IMG/VR virus record: IMGVR_UViG_3300011441_000002
Location: 1-43,665 of that record
DNA: 43,665 bases
Direction: 5' to 3' (one strand)
DNA from: a virus
Taxonomy: Duplodnaviria; Caudoviricetes
Shown: one piece after another, positions 16,314 to 25,912 of the stretch
How the letters are laid out: each line of letters begins with the position of its first letter
How positions within the stretch are numbered: position 1 is the first letter of the stretch
Made by a program: the position numbers and the translations under genes
Notes under the pieces: model-generated
What the model saw: only the letters and a program-made list of their open reading frames with translations
Told to the model about the DNA's origin: nothing
The model's database searches: none

Positions 16314-17809
16314 TGCCCGCCACGCTCAGCCGGCAGCAGCAGGTCGACGCCCAGCTGGCCGACTTCATCGGCGGCTTCTACGCGGACCCCTACGGGTTCG
16401 CCCTGGCCGCCTTCCCGTGGGGCGAGCCGGGCCCGCTCGAGCAGCACACCGGCCCGGACACCTGGCAACGCGAGTTCCTGCAGTGGCTGGGGGCCGAGGT
16501 CACGCGCCGCAAGTTCGACGGCCTGACCGCGGTCGAGCCCATCCGGGCGGCGGTCTCGAGCGGCCACGGCATCGGCAAGTCGACGCTGCAGGCGTGGCTG
16601 GTCTGCTGGATCATGTCGACCCGCCCGCGCTGCCGCGGCACCGTCACCGCGAACACCAACTTTCAGCTCGACACCAAGACGTGGGCGGCCGTGCAGTTCT
16701 GGGGCAAGCTCTGCCTGACCGCCGGCTGGTTCGAAGTCAACACCCAGCGGATGTACCGGAAGGGCCACCGCGAGGATTGGTTCGTTGCCCCGCAGTCCTG
16801 CGCCGAGGAAAACTCCGAAGCGTTCGCCGGCCAGCACGCGGCCGACTCGACCAGCTTCTACATCAACGACGAGGACAGCGCGGTCCCCGACAAGATCCAC
16901 GAAGTCCAGGAAGGCGGGCTCACCGACGGCGAGCCGATGCAGTTCCTGTTCGGCAACCCGACCCGCACGACCGGCGCCTTTCACCGCGCCTGTTTTGGCG
17001 CCCAGCGCCACCGCTACCACGTCGTGCTCGTCGACTCGCGGGCGTCGAAGCTCACCAACAAGACACAGATCGCCGAGTGGGCGACCGACTACGGGGAAGA
17101 GTCCGACTTCTTCCGGGTGCGCGTGCGGGGCCTGCCACCGACCGCCGGCGACCTGCAGTTCATCGACTCGGCGACGGTGGCGGCGGCCCAGCGCCGCGAC
17201 GTGGTCATCCTGCCCGACGAGCCGCTGGTGTGCGGGCTCGACCTGGCGCGTGGGGGCGATGACCGCTGTGTGTTCCGGTTCCGCCGCGGCATGGACGCGC
17301 GGACCATCCCGCCGGTGATCGTGCCGGGCCAGCAGGCACGCGACTCAATGAAGCTGGTCACGCTGGCCGCCGACGTGCTCGATAAGGTGTACGGCACCCA
17401 GAAGGTGGCGATGATGTTCGTTGACGCCACCGGCGGCAGTATCGGCGGCCCGATCGCCGACCGGCTACGCCAACTCGGACACGACAACGTGATCGACGTG
17501 CAGTTCGGGGGCGAGTCGCCGACGCTGAAGTACGCCAACATGCGCGCCCACATCTGGGGCAAGCTGCGCGACTGGCTGCCCAAGGGGGCGATCCCGCTCG
17601 ACGCGCGGCTCGAGCAGGATCTCACCGGGCCGGGGTTCTACCACGACAAGCGTGATCGTGTCGTGCTCGAGTCGAAGGAAGACATGAAGGCGCGTGGGCT
17701 CGACTCGCCGGATGACGGCGACGCGCTGGCGCTGACCTTCGCGCAGACCGTCTCACCGGCGGCTGGGCGCACGCCGGCACCGTACGTGCCGCCCTCACCC
17801 TGGAGCTGA
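16313..17809 (+). CDS. terL: Terminase large subunit
   Basis: Walker A SGHGIGKS, Walker B YINDE, GNP, nuclease GLDLARGGDD and SPDDGDAL. Confidence 0.95.
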   Translation: MPATLSRQQQVDAQLADFIGGFYADPYGFALAAFPWGEPGPLEQHTGPDTWQREFLQWLGAEVTRRKFDGLTAVEPIRAAVSSGHGIGKSTLQAWLVCWIMSTRPRCRGTVTANTNFQLDTKTWAAVQFWGKLCLTAGWFEVNTQRMYRKGHREDWFVAPQSCAEENSEAFAGQHAADSTSFYINDEDSAVPDKIHEVQEGGLTDGEPMQFLFGNPTRTTGAFHRACFGAQRHRYHVVLVDSRASKLTNKTQIAEWATDYGEESDFFRVRVRGLPPTAGDLQFIDSATVAAAQRRDVVILPDEPLVCGLDLARGGDDRCVFRFRRGMDARTIPPVIVPGQQARDSMKLVTLAADVLDKVYGTQKVAMMFVDATGGSIGGPIADRLRQLGHDNVIDVQFGGESPTLKYANMRAHIWGKLRDWLPKGAIPLDARLEQDLTGPGFYHDKRDRVVLESKEDMKARGLDSPDDGDALALTFAQTVSPAAGRTPAPYVPPSPWS

Positions 17810-17811
17810 TC

Positions 17812-17949
17812 ATGGCGAAGAAGCCTGCCCCGAAGCCGAAGAAGGCGCCCGCCGCGAAAGCGAGCAATACCGAGTCGTACGCGTATAACTTCCGCGACCG
17901 CAACAACCTCAAGCGCGGCAGCGGAAAGATGAAGGGAAGCGGCTGCTGA
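17812..17949 (+). CDS. Small Lys-rich protein (45 aa)
   Basis: MAKKPAPKPKKAPAAK...; RBS ggag; coupled to the next gene. Confidence 0.55.
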   Translation: MAKKPAPKPKKAPAAKASNTESYAYNFRDRNNLKRGSGKMKGSGC

Positions 17950-18152
17950 TGGCGTCGCCCTTCCGCCGTCCGACCGGCGCCCCGACGCTGAGCTTGCGCC
18001 AGACGCGCGCCGGCGTGCTGGTCCACGACAAGGTCATCCAGGACGGCGTCATCCCGGCCCTACACGCCGCCGAGGCGCGCGTACTCCGACTCGAAGCGTT
18101 GCTCGCGCGTCCCCTGCTCGGGCGCCTGCGCTGGCTACTGACTGGACGCTGA
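17949..18152 (+). CDS. Hypothetical protein
   Basis: Coupled ORF ending GRLRWLLTGR. Confidence 0.6.
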   Translation: MASPFRRPTGAPTLSLRQTRAGVLVHDKVIQDGVIPALHAAEARVLRLEALLARPLLGRLRWLLTGR

Positions 18153-18157
18153 CCCCC

Positions 18158-20497
18158 ATGGCTTACGCTCCCGACTCACCTGCCCGCTCGACCCGCGAAC
18201 CGCTGATCGTCGAAGCCCGCGACCGCTTCGAGATTTGTCACAACGAGTGGCGCGAGGTCCGCGACGAGGGCACGACCGACATGCGCTACGTGTCGGGCGA
18301 TCCCTGGACCGACAAGGACAAGCGGGCTCGCGACAAGGCTGGCCGCCCGTCGCTCGCCCTGGACGAGCTCGGCCAGTACTTCAACCAGGTGATCAACGAC
18401 GTCCGGGCCAACCCGCGGGCGGTGAAGTTCTCGCCGACCGGCAACGGGGCAAACGACAAGACGGCCGAGTTCTACCAGGACATGATGCGCGAGATCGAGT
18501 ACGAGTCGAACGCGCAGGTCGCCTACACGACCGCCTTCGAGAACGCGGTGCAGCGGTCGTACGGCTGGGTGCGGGTGCTGACCGAGTTCAAGGCGCCGCG
18601 GTCGATGGACCAGGCGATCCGGCTCGGCGCCATCCCCAACCCCGACATGGTCTACGTCGACCCCGAGGCGATGCGGCCCAACTCGTCGGACATGCAGTAC
18701 CTGTTCAACTTCGAGAAGTGGACGCACCGCGAGTTTACGCGGCGGTTCCCCAAGGCGAAGGTGCAGGACTTCACGAACTACCTGACCAGCCATTCGCAAT
18801 GGGTCAGCGACCAGATGATCACGCTGGCCGAGTACTGGTGCATCAAAACGAAGCCGCGGACGCTGCTACTGGTCCAGCGGGCCGACGGCACGACCTACAC
18901 GCGGTTCGACGACGAGCCGCCGGTCCCGGGCAAGACCCCACCGCCGGCGCCGCCGTCGACGATGCAACGCGCCGGGATGGTGCTCGGCCTGGGCGGCGCG
19001 TCGCTCGAGCAGACCGTCGGGAGCCGCAAGGTCGACGACCCGACGGTCTACATGCACTTGACGAACGGGCTCGAGGTGCTGGAAGAGACGACCTGGCCGG
19101 GCCGGTACATCCCGTTCGTGTCGTGTTACGGGAAGATCCTCTATGTCGACGACGGCAGCGGGGCGAAGCGCAAGCTGATGAGCATGACGCGGCTGGCCCG
19201 CGATCCCTACATGCTCTACTGCTACTACCGGACGTGCGAGGCTGAGCTCGTCGGCATGACGCCGAAATTCCCCTACTTCGTCTACGAGGGGCAGCTGACG
19301 GTCGAGGAACTGGGCAACCTCCAGAAGTCGCTCCACGAGCCGGTCGCGGTGATCAAGGTCAAGCCGATGGTGGACGCGGCGACCGGGCAAGTCTTGCCGT
19401 TCCCGCAGCGCCAGCCCTACGAGCCGCCGATTGCCGCGCTCGAAGCCGGCGCCGAAGCGGCCCGCCGGGCGATTCAGTCCGCGATGGGGTCGAGCTTCCT
19501 GCCGACCACCGCCCAGCGGCGCAACGAGAAGTCGGGCATCGCGCTGAAACAGATCGAAGAGACGGCCCAGCGGGGCACGTTCCACTTCGTCGACCACTAC
19601 GACGACATGATCCACCACGTCGGCGTGATCGTCGAAGACCTACTGCCGAAGATTCACGACACGGTGCAGCAAGTCACGGTGCGGGACCGCAACGAGAAGT
19701 CGCGCACGGTCACGCTCAACGACCCGCAGAACCCGGATGCGATCGACCCGACCGGCGACCATCTGGTGACGGTGTCGACCGGGCCCAGCTACGACAGCGA
19801 GCGGGAAGCGGGCAGCGCGTTCGCCGACGCGATCGTGCAGAACCTGCCGAACATCGCCGGCATCCTCGGCCCGCAGAAGTCGGCGGCCATCCTGGCGAAG
19901 TCGATCAAGCTGCAGAACGTGGGCACGGTGGGCGAGGACATCGCCGAAATCATCATGCCAACGCCGATGCAGAACGAGGACGGGACGCCGCCCAAGCCCG
20001 AACAGTTACAGCAGAAGGTCGCCGAGCAGGAGGCGCAGATCCAGCAGTTGACGCAGCTCGTGCAGCAGGCGCAGCAGGAGATCCAGACCGACCAGGTCAA
20101 GGCCCAGCAAGAGATGGCGAAGGTCGACCTGCAAGAGACGGCCGAAGGCGACCGCGAGCTGGTACGGCTCCGGTCGGCCGAGAAGATCAAGCTGGCCGAT
20201 ATCCAGGCGCGGGAACGGAGCGACGCGATCGGCAATCTCGTCAAGCTGGCGGTGGCCGAGATCAGCGCGCAGACGGCCGAGGCGCGGGTGCATGCCGAGC
20301 AGGTCCGCACCGAGATGGGGTTCGAGCACGAGCACGCCGAGGGCGAGCGGGACCGGCAGACGCAGGCCGTTGACAAGGCGGCTGACCGCGACCTGCGCCG
20401 CGAGGACCGCGACGTCGGCCAGGCGTTCCAGGCCGAGCAGGCGGACGCGGCGCGGGTCGCTGAGGCCGAGGCGCGGGAGTCGGAGGGCGGCGCGTGA
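18158..20497 (+). CDS. P22-like portal protein
   Basis: GDPW...GRPSL, WPGRYIPFV, ARDPY, SGIAL, TGPSYDSERE; C-terminal coiled-coil barrel. Confidence 0.93.
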   Translation: MAYAPDSPARSTREPLIVEARDRFEICHNEWREVRDEGTTDMRYVSGDPWTDKDKRARDKAGRPSLALDELGQYFNQVINDVRANPRAVKFSPTGNGANDKTAEFYQDMMREIEYESNAQVAYTTAFENAVQRSYGWVRVLTEFKAPRSMDQAIRLGAIPNPDMVYVDPEAMRPNSSDMQYLFNFEKWTHREFTRRFPKAKVQDFTNYLTSHSQWVSDQMITLAEYWCIKTKPRTLLLVQRADGTTYTRFDDEPPVPGKTPPPAPPSTMQRAGMVLGLGGASLEQTVGSRKVDDPTVYMHLTNGLEVLEETTWPGRYIPFVSCYGKILYVDDGSGAKRKLMSMTRLARDPYMLYCYYRTCEAELVGMTPKFPYFVYEGQLTVEELGNLQKSLHEPVAVIKVKPMVDAATGQVLPFPQRQPYEPPIAALEAGAEAARRAIQSAMGSSFLPTTAQRRNEKSGIALKQIEETAQRGTFHFVDHYDDMIHHVGVIVEDLLPKIHDTVQQVTVRDRNEKSRTVTLNDPQNPDAIDPTGDHLVTVSTGPSYDSEREAGSAFADAIVQNLPNIAGILGPQKSAAILAKSIKLQNVGTVGEDIAEIIMPTPMQNEDGTPPKPEQLQQKVAEQEAQIQQLTQLVQQAQQEIQTDQVKAQQEMAKVDLQETAEGDRELVRLRSAEKIKLADIQARERSDAIGNLVKLAVAEISAQTAEARVHAEQVRTEMGFEHEHAEGERDRQTQAVDKAADRDLRREDRDVGQAFQAEQADAARVAEAEARESEGGA

Positions 20498-20694
20498 CGA
20501 CGCTGGTTAACGGCGGCCCCTCCGGCCAGGCGTGTGCCAACTGTCGCTACTTCGCGGCCCAGTACGAGGTCTGCAAGCGGTATCCGCCGACCTGGGCGCC
20601 GAAAGGGCAGTCGTTCCCCGAGGTGCTGCCGTCGATGTGGTGCGGCGAGTGGCAGCAGGCGCTGAAACCTGGGACGGCGGTGCCTGATGCCTGA
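20494..20694 (+). CDS. Small Cys-rich phage protein
   Basis: CANCRYF...CKRYPP...FPEV...WCGEW. Confidence 0.7.
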   Translation: MTTLVNGGPSGQACANCRYFAAQYEVCKRYPPTWAPKGQSFPEVLPSMWCGEWQQALKPGTAVPDA

Positions 20695-22732
20695 CGGCCC
20701 GCGGATCCGCGTCGGCGCCCCGTCGGCCCAGTCGCCCAGCGTGCTCGACTCGCCGCTCGAGCAGGCGCTGCGGGCGATTGCCGGGGTGCTGGGCGACTCG
20801 CCGGAGGAACAGATCCTCGGGCTGGTCGGGACCATCGACATCCCCGGAGGTGTCGGCCCGTTGCAACGGGCTATCAAAGGGCTGTATTCGCGCGTTGAGC
20901 GGGTGGCGCAGCAGGTTGGTGCCAAGGGCGTGCATCCGAATCGGCTCCGGTCGCTGCTGCAGAGCGGGGCGAGTCAGGAAGAAGTCGCGTACCGGAAGAT
21001 CCCCGAGCTGCTGGCGAGTCATGGCGACCAGCCGGTGACGCGGGAGGCGCTGCAAGCGCATCTGGCGGCCAATCCGGCGCCGAGGCCGCAGGTCAAGACG
21101 CGCGGGGACGTGTCGGACCTTACCGCGCGACAAACTGCGCTTGGTCTGGAGACGGATGCGGCCTTCGATCGGGCCTTTCCGAGCGCGACGACGCATGGGC
21201 AACCCTGGCCCGGCGATCAGCTCTCGCAGCTCGATGACGCGAACGCGCGCCATTGGGCGTGGGGTGCGGCCGGCGGCAATGCCGAGGACATGGCGAAGCT
21301 GAATCGTTTGGCGATTTCGCCGGAGCGCCGGGCCGCGATGTTGGAGTATGGCCGGCTTGCCAACCAGACGCGCGCGCTCAACGAAGAACGCCTGGCCGGT
21401 AATACCAAGTTCGCGCAGTACCAGCTCCCCGGCGGCGAGAACTACCGCGAAACGCTGCTCACGCTGCCGCCGGACCAAAACAGGGCCGCGGCTACGCATT
21501 CCGCCCGCATCAAAGAACTCACCGAGCGCCGCGATGCGCTGCGATCACAGTTGCACTCCGGTCAAGACGTGCGAAGCGCACTGGCGAACACTGAGACACA
21601 GATTGACATGGCGATGCGCGCGACGCCAAAGGATCCACGGCAATTTGTTTCCAGCCACTTCGACGAGCCGAACATCCTCGTGCATGTGCGCAGCAACGAG
21701 CGCACGCTGCCGACGGGCGAGCGCGGGCGGTTCCTCGAAGAAGTGCAAAGCGATTGGCACCAGAAGGGGAAGCGGCAAGGGTACAAGACCGGCGACCGAC
21801 TCATCGACGGCCACGATTACGACTGGTGGAACGCCGAGACCGACCGTCGGTTCAGGGTCGCTGCCGATGACCGGTGGCGCGAAGCGATTGCCAACCGCAA
21901 CAGGCTCGTCGGCAGACCAGACGAAGTGGCCGATGCCCCGTTCAAGGACTCCTGGCCTGAGCTGGGGCTCAAACAGCAGTTGCTCGAAGCGGCCGACGAC
22001 GACGCGATCGAGTGGCTGGGGTTCACCAGCGGCAAGACGCAGGCCGCCCGCTACAACCTGGCGAAACAGGTGCGACACATCGACTATCGCCGGTCTGGTG
22101 ACGGCTACGAGTTAGGTGTGGTGGGGCTTGACGGCGAGGGGATCGATCTCCCCAAGCGCGTGTACTCGGCGGCCGAATTACCTGACGTGGTCGGTAAAGA
22201 AGTGGCCGACAAGATTCTCGCGGGCGAGGGCCAGTCAGGGGGCGGGCGGAAAACGCTGTCGGGCATCGACCTGCAGGTCGGCGGCGAGGGGATGCGGAAG
22301 TTCTACGACGAGATCCTGCCCAAGCGGCTCGAGAAGCTGGTCAAGCCGTTCGGCGGCACGGTCGAGCGTCAGCCGCTCACCGGCCGCACCAAAGAAGCGA
22401 TCGACGCCGAGATGGACGCGTTCTACGACGCGCCGCAATGGACTGGCCGTCTTCGTGACCAACTAGAGCGACTCCAGCAGGAGCGTAATCTTGCGCTGAG
22501 TAGCGCGCAGACTGAGGGCTGGGTCGTGCGGCTCACGCCCGAGATGAAGGCGAAGATCAAGGCGGCCGGCTTCCCGCTGGCCGCGATCCCGCTGGCGGTC
22601 TCGCACGCCCGCGACGGCGACGCGCCGCCGCCCAATCCCCGACTCGACGCCCTGCTGCGCAAGCACGGGCTCGTCGGCGGCGGCGTGAACGCGGTGGGGC
22701 AGCGTCTGCAGCAACCAGGAGGCGCACGGTGA
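20687..22732 (+). CDS. EEVQSDW-motif protein (domain recalled from large phage polyvalent/ejected proteins)
   Basis: GENYRETLL, SHFDEPNILVHVR, FLEEVQSDWHQ, APFKDSW, GMRKFYDEILP. Confidence 0.75.
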   Translation: MPDGPRIRVGAPSAQSPSVLDSPLEQALRAIAGVLGDSPEEQILGLVGTIDIPGGVGPLQRAIKGLYSRVERVAQQVGAKGVHPNRLRSLLQSGASQEEVAYRKIPELLASHGDQPVTREALQAHLAANPAPRPQVKTRGDVSDLTARQTALGLETDAAFDRAFPSATTHGQPWPGDQLSQLDDANARHWAWGAAGGNAEDMAKLNRLAISPERRAAMLEYGRLANQTRALNEERLAGNTKFAQYQLPGGENYRETLLTLPPDQNRAAATHSARIKELTERRDALRSQLHSGQDVRSALANTETQIDMAMRATPKDPRQFVSSHFDEPNILVHVRSNERTLPTGERGRFLEEVQSDWHQKGKRQGYKTGDRLIDGHDYDWWNAETDRRFRVAADDRWREAIANRNRLVGRPDEVADAPFKDSWPELGLKQQLLEAADDDAIEWLGFTSGKTQAARYNLAKQVRHIDYRRSGDGYELGVVGLDGEGIDLPKRVYSAAELPDVVGKEVADKILAGEGQSGGGRKTLSGIDLQVGGEGMRKFYDEILPKRLEKLVKPFGGTVERQPLTGRTKEAIDAEMDAFYDAPQWTGRLRDQLERLQQERNLALSSAQTEGWVVRLTPEMKAKIKAAGFPLAAIPLAVSHARDGDAPPPNPRLDALLRKHGLVGGGVNAVGQRLQQPGGAR

Positions 22733-22923
22733 ACGGGTCGGCCTGCACCAAGCGGCCGTATCTGAGCGAGCGCGCGGCCAAGCTGGCGCACCAGCGCACC
22801 GGCGCCCGCATCCGTGTCTACTGGTGCTTCCCGTGCGGCGCCTACCATGTGACGAACGTCGACAAGCACCGCGGCGGGAGCGACCCGACGGTCGAGATCC
22901 CGCGCCGGAGGGTGCGGGCGTGA
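22729..22923 (+). CDS. Small Zn-binding phage protein
   Basis: CTKRPY...VYWCFPCGAYHVT. Confidence 0.7.
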   Translation: MNGSACTKRPYLSERAAKLAHQRTGARIRVYWCFPCGAYHVTNVDKHRGGSDPTVEIPRRRVRA

Positions 22924-23210
22924 TCCAATTCATCGCCCGGCGCCTGTTGGCGATTGCCATTTGCAGCGGCGTCGCCACGTTCTACATCAACTGGCCTTGG
23001 CCGACGTGGTGGACGTGGATGATTGCGCTGGCGACGGCCTTCGCGGTGCCGGTCCTGATCTTCGAGGTCGGGCAAGCGGCGTGGAATGGGCCGGAGGGTA
23101 AGCCTGTTCGTATCGGGGATCCGTGGTGCAAGGAGTGCGGCGCCTGGCACGCGACGACGGAGCCGCACCTGGCGAGCCTGGACGGTCAATCTACTGAAAG
23201 GCGGTTGTGA
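22920..23210 (+). CDS. Membrane protein with a CxxCxxxH tail
   Basis: Two hydrophobic helices; WCKECGAWH. Confidence 0.55.
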   Translation: MIQFIARRLLAIAICSGVATFYINWPWPTWWTWMIALATAFAVPVLIFEVGQAAWNGPEGKPVRIGDPWCKECGAWHATTEPHLASLDGQSTERRL

Positions 23211-23380
23211 TGGTGGCACTGGTCGTACTCGCGTTGATTCTCGGCATCGTCGTGTGGGTGATTGGCCAGTATCCACAACTGGCGCCGTTTCGGCCGGTGG
23301 CGATCGGGTTGCTGCTGATCCTGTTCCTGATTCAGTGCTACCGGGTGCTGCCGGCCTACGTGAGCCCGCTCCTGCGATGA
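23210..23380 (+). CDS. Small two-helix membrane protein (56 aa)
   Basis: MVALVVLALILGIVVWVIGQYPQLAPFRPVAIGLLLILFLI. Confidence 0.6.
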   Translation: MVALVVLALILGIVVWVIGQYPQLAPFRPVAIGLLLILFLIQCYRVLPAYVSPLLR

Positions 23381-23568
23381 CTGCCGACGAGCTGTTCGAC
23401 GCGCTGACCCGCAGCGGCAAGCCGATTCCGACGGCGCGGATGCGCAAGGCCGAGGCGAAGGCCGACAGCCCGGCCGTGTGGGCGGCCGTGCTCGCGCGCC
23501 TGCAGCCCTACCTCACCTATACGCCGCCCGACCCGCCGGACCCACCGGCACAGGAGCCCGAAGCATGA
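23377..23568 (+). CDS. Hypothetical protein
   Basis: ATGA overlaps at both ends. Confidence 0.55.
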   Translation: MTADELFDALTRSGKPIPTARMRKAEAKADSPAVWAAVLARLQPYLTYTPPDPPDPPAQEPEA

Positions 23569-24608
23569 CCGGAACCGAGCGCGAACCGTCTGTCGAAGTC
23601 GACCTGCTCCGCGACGGCATCCCGTCGCCTACGACCGAGGGCCAGCCGGTGCTCGACGCCCTGACCGATGCCGAGCGGGAAGCCTGGCAGTTGACAGGCG
23701 ACTTGCCCGAGCGCACAATCCCCACGTCGTCGTCGGAGGGATCGACGCCTCCCGAGCCTGCCGCGCAGGCCGCGCCAACGGACGCGAGTACAGAGCCCGC
23801 CTCGGAACCGGGCAAGCCGGCGAGACCGAACGCCGAGACACGCAAGCAGCAACTCCGCGCCGAGATCGAAGACCTGAGCCGCCAAGCCCGCCAGTTGCGG
23901 GACGAAGTCGCGCAGGCCCGATCCGGCGGCCCAGGACGCGCCACAGACGCAGGACCGGCGGCCCCGTCACCCGCCAGCGCTCTCCCAGCCGCCGAGGCCG
24001 ACTTCCCCGACTATGCCGCATGGCTCGAGCGGCCGGGGAACGAGGCCAGGAACTACGAGTCGTTCACGCGTGAGCTCGTCGCTCATGTTTCAGCGGTGGA
24101 GCGGCAGCGCGGTCACGCCGAGGCGATGAAAGCCGCCAAAGCGCACGACTACGCGGCCCGGGTCGCGCCGACGATCGCCCAGGAACCTGATTTCGTCTCG
24201 ACACTGAGCCCGGAAGTGCATGACATGGTCCCGATCGACATGCTGCCCGACCGGCGCACGGCAACGATGGCGAATGTGGTCGCCCAGGCGGTGGTCGATT
24301 CGGACCAGGCCCCGCAGCTGCTCCGGTACCTGTCGCAAAACGACAGTGTGCTGCAGGCTCTCAAGCGCCAGCCGTCGGAAGCGGCGGTCTTGCGCATGAT
24401 CGGCCGCATCGAAGGGACGCTGAGCGCGCAGACGACCGCGCCTCCCTCGCCGGTTCCCTCTGCACCGATGGTGTCGCGGGCGCCCGCGCCTCCGACCACG
24501 CTCGGGAACCGACCCGCCGTTCCAGCCGATGACATTGAGTCTGCGCTTGCTGCCGGGGACTTCGACGCCTACAGCACGCGGATGAATCGGAAGGAGCTCG
24601 GCAGCTAG
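23565..24608 (+). CDS. Scaffolding protein
   Basis: Directly before the coat gene. Disordered and coiled-coil segments, LLRYL...IGRIE, APAPPTTLG, basic C-terminal helix; RBS aggag. Confidence 0.8.
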   Translation: MTGTEREPSVEVDLLRDGIPSPTTEGQPVLDALTDAEREAWQLTGDLPERTIPTSSSEGSTPPEPAAQAAPTDASTEPASEPGKPARPNAETRKQQLRAEIEDLSRQARQLRDEVAQARSGGPGRATDAGPAAPSPASALPAAEADFPDYAAWLERPGNEARNYESFTRELVAHVSAVERQRGHAEAMKAAKAHDYAARVAPTIAQEPDFVSTLSPEVHDMVPIDMLPDRRTATMANVVAQAVVDSDQAPQLLRYLSQNDSVLQALKRQPSEAAVLRMIGRIEGTLSAQTTAPPSPVPSAPMVSRAPAPPTTLGNRPAVPADDIESALAAGDFDAYSTRMNRKELGS

Positions 24609-24658
24609 GCCGACCCTGAGCGCGGCGAGACCGCGCAAGCGTCTGAGGGGGCCGCCCA

Positions 24659-25894
24659 ATGGCGACCAACTCCTTCAACTACGTCGACTGGCTTTCGATG
24701 GAAAGCCTGCGCCTGCTGCTCAATAAGCTGCAGGTCGCCCAGTTCTTCAACACCGAGTACAACAAGGAATACACGAAGGAATTCGCGGTCGGCGAGACGG
24801 TGCGGATCAACTTTCCGTGGCGCCCCACCATCCGCGAAGGCTTGGGGTACAACCCACAGTCGATCACGCGCCGCAATACCACCGTCAGCGTCAATCAGAT
24901 TTTCGGCGTTGACTTCGAGTGGGATTCGGCCGAGGCCGCCCTCAAGATGGAGCGCGGGCGCGAGAAGATCAAGACCGAGTACCTCGACCCGGCGATGGCC
25001 CAGATCGCCCAGGAGATCGACTCCCGGTGCGCGCTGTGGGCGACCCAAAACACCTCGATGATCGTCGGCGTGCTCGGGACGGACCCGACGTCGTTTGTGA
25101 CCTTCAACCAGGCCCGCCAGAAGATGGTCGAGCAGGCCGGGTGGACGGGCGCGAAGCGGGGCATGATCATCACGCCGTCGGTCAACGTGTCGCTGGTCAA
25201 TGCGGCGGTCCAGTACTTCAACCCGGCCGATGCCATCTCCAAGCAGTACAAAGAAGGCTCGATCGGGCGGAACAGCGGCTTTGACTGGTACGAGTCGATG
25301 TCGCTCTACGAGCACACCGCCGGCACCTGGGCGGGCACCGTGGAACTGCTCACGGCCCCGGTCAGCGGCGCGACCACGCTCAGCCTGACGGCGACCACCA
25401 ACGACACGTTCAAGAAGGGCGATGTCTTCTCGATCGCCACCGCGACCGCGGTCAACCCGATGACCCGCCGGTCTATCGGCTCGCTCAAGACGTTCGTGAT
25501 TACGGCGGATGTGACCGCTGCGGCGTCGGCGGCGACGATCAGCATCTGGCCGCCGATCTTCGGGCCGGATTCCCCGTATCAGAACGTGACCGTGCTGCCG
25601 GCCGCCGGAGCCGACCTCACGCTGTTCCCGGGCACCACGAGCCCCAACGGCCTGGTCGGGTTCAACAACCTGGCGCTCAACAAAGACGCGTTTGCGCTCG
25701 TCGGCGTGAAGCTCGAAGTGCCGAAGGCGTGCGAAATGGCGTCGCAGACCCGCGATCCGAACTCGGGGATCTCCGTGCGCTTCGTGCGCATGTTCGATCC
25801 GCAGCAATCGAAGATGGTCAACCGCTTCGACGTGCTGCTCGGCTTCGGAAACCTCTACTCGGACGCCTGCGCCGTGCGCGTCCTGGGCGTCTAG
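24659..25894 (+). CDS. Major capsid protein, P22 gp5 type
   Basis: VGETVRI, YLDPAMAQIAQEID, FKKGDVFSI telokin-like insert, NRFDVLLGFG. Confidence 0.93.
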   Translation: MATNSFNYVDWLSMESLRLLLNKLQVAQFFNTEYNKEYTKEFAVGETVRINFPWRPTIREGLGYNPQSITRRNTTVSVNQIFGVDFEWDSAEAALKMERGREKIKTEYLDPAMAQIAQEIDSRCALWATQNTSMIVGVLGTDPTSFVTFNQARQKMVEQAGWTGAKRGMIITPSVNVSLVNAAVQYFNPADAISKQYKEGSIGRNSGFDWYESMSLYEHTAGTWAGTVELLTAPVSGATTLSLTATTNDTFKKGDVFSIATATAVNPMTRRSIGSLKTFVITADVTAAASAATISIWPPIFGPDSPYQNVTVLPAAGADLTLFPGTTSPNGLVGFNNLALNKDAFALVGVKLEVPKACEMASQTRDPNSGISVRFVRMFDPQQSKMVNRFDVLLGFGNLYSDACAVRVLGV

Positions 25895-25912
25895 GACAAG
25901 GAGTCCAGCATC

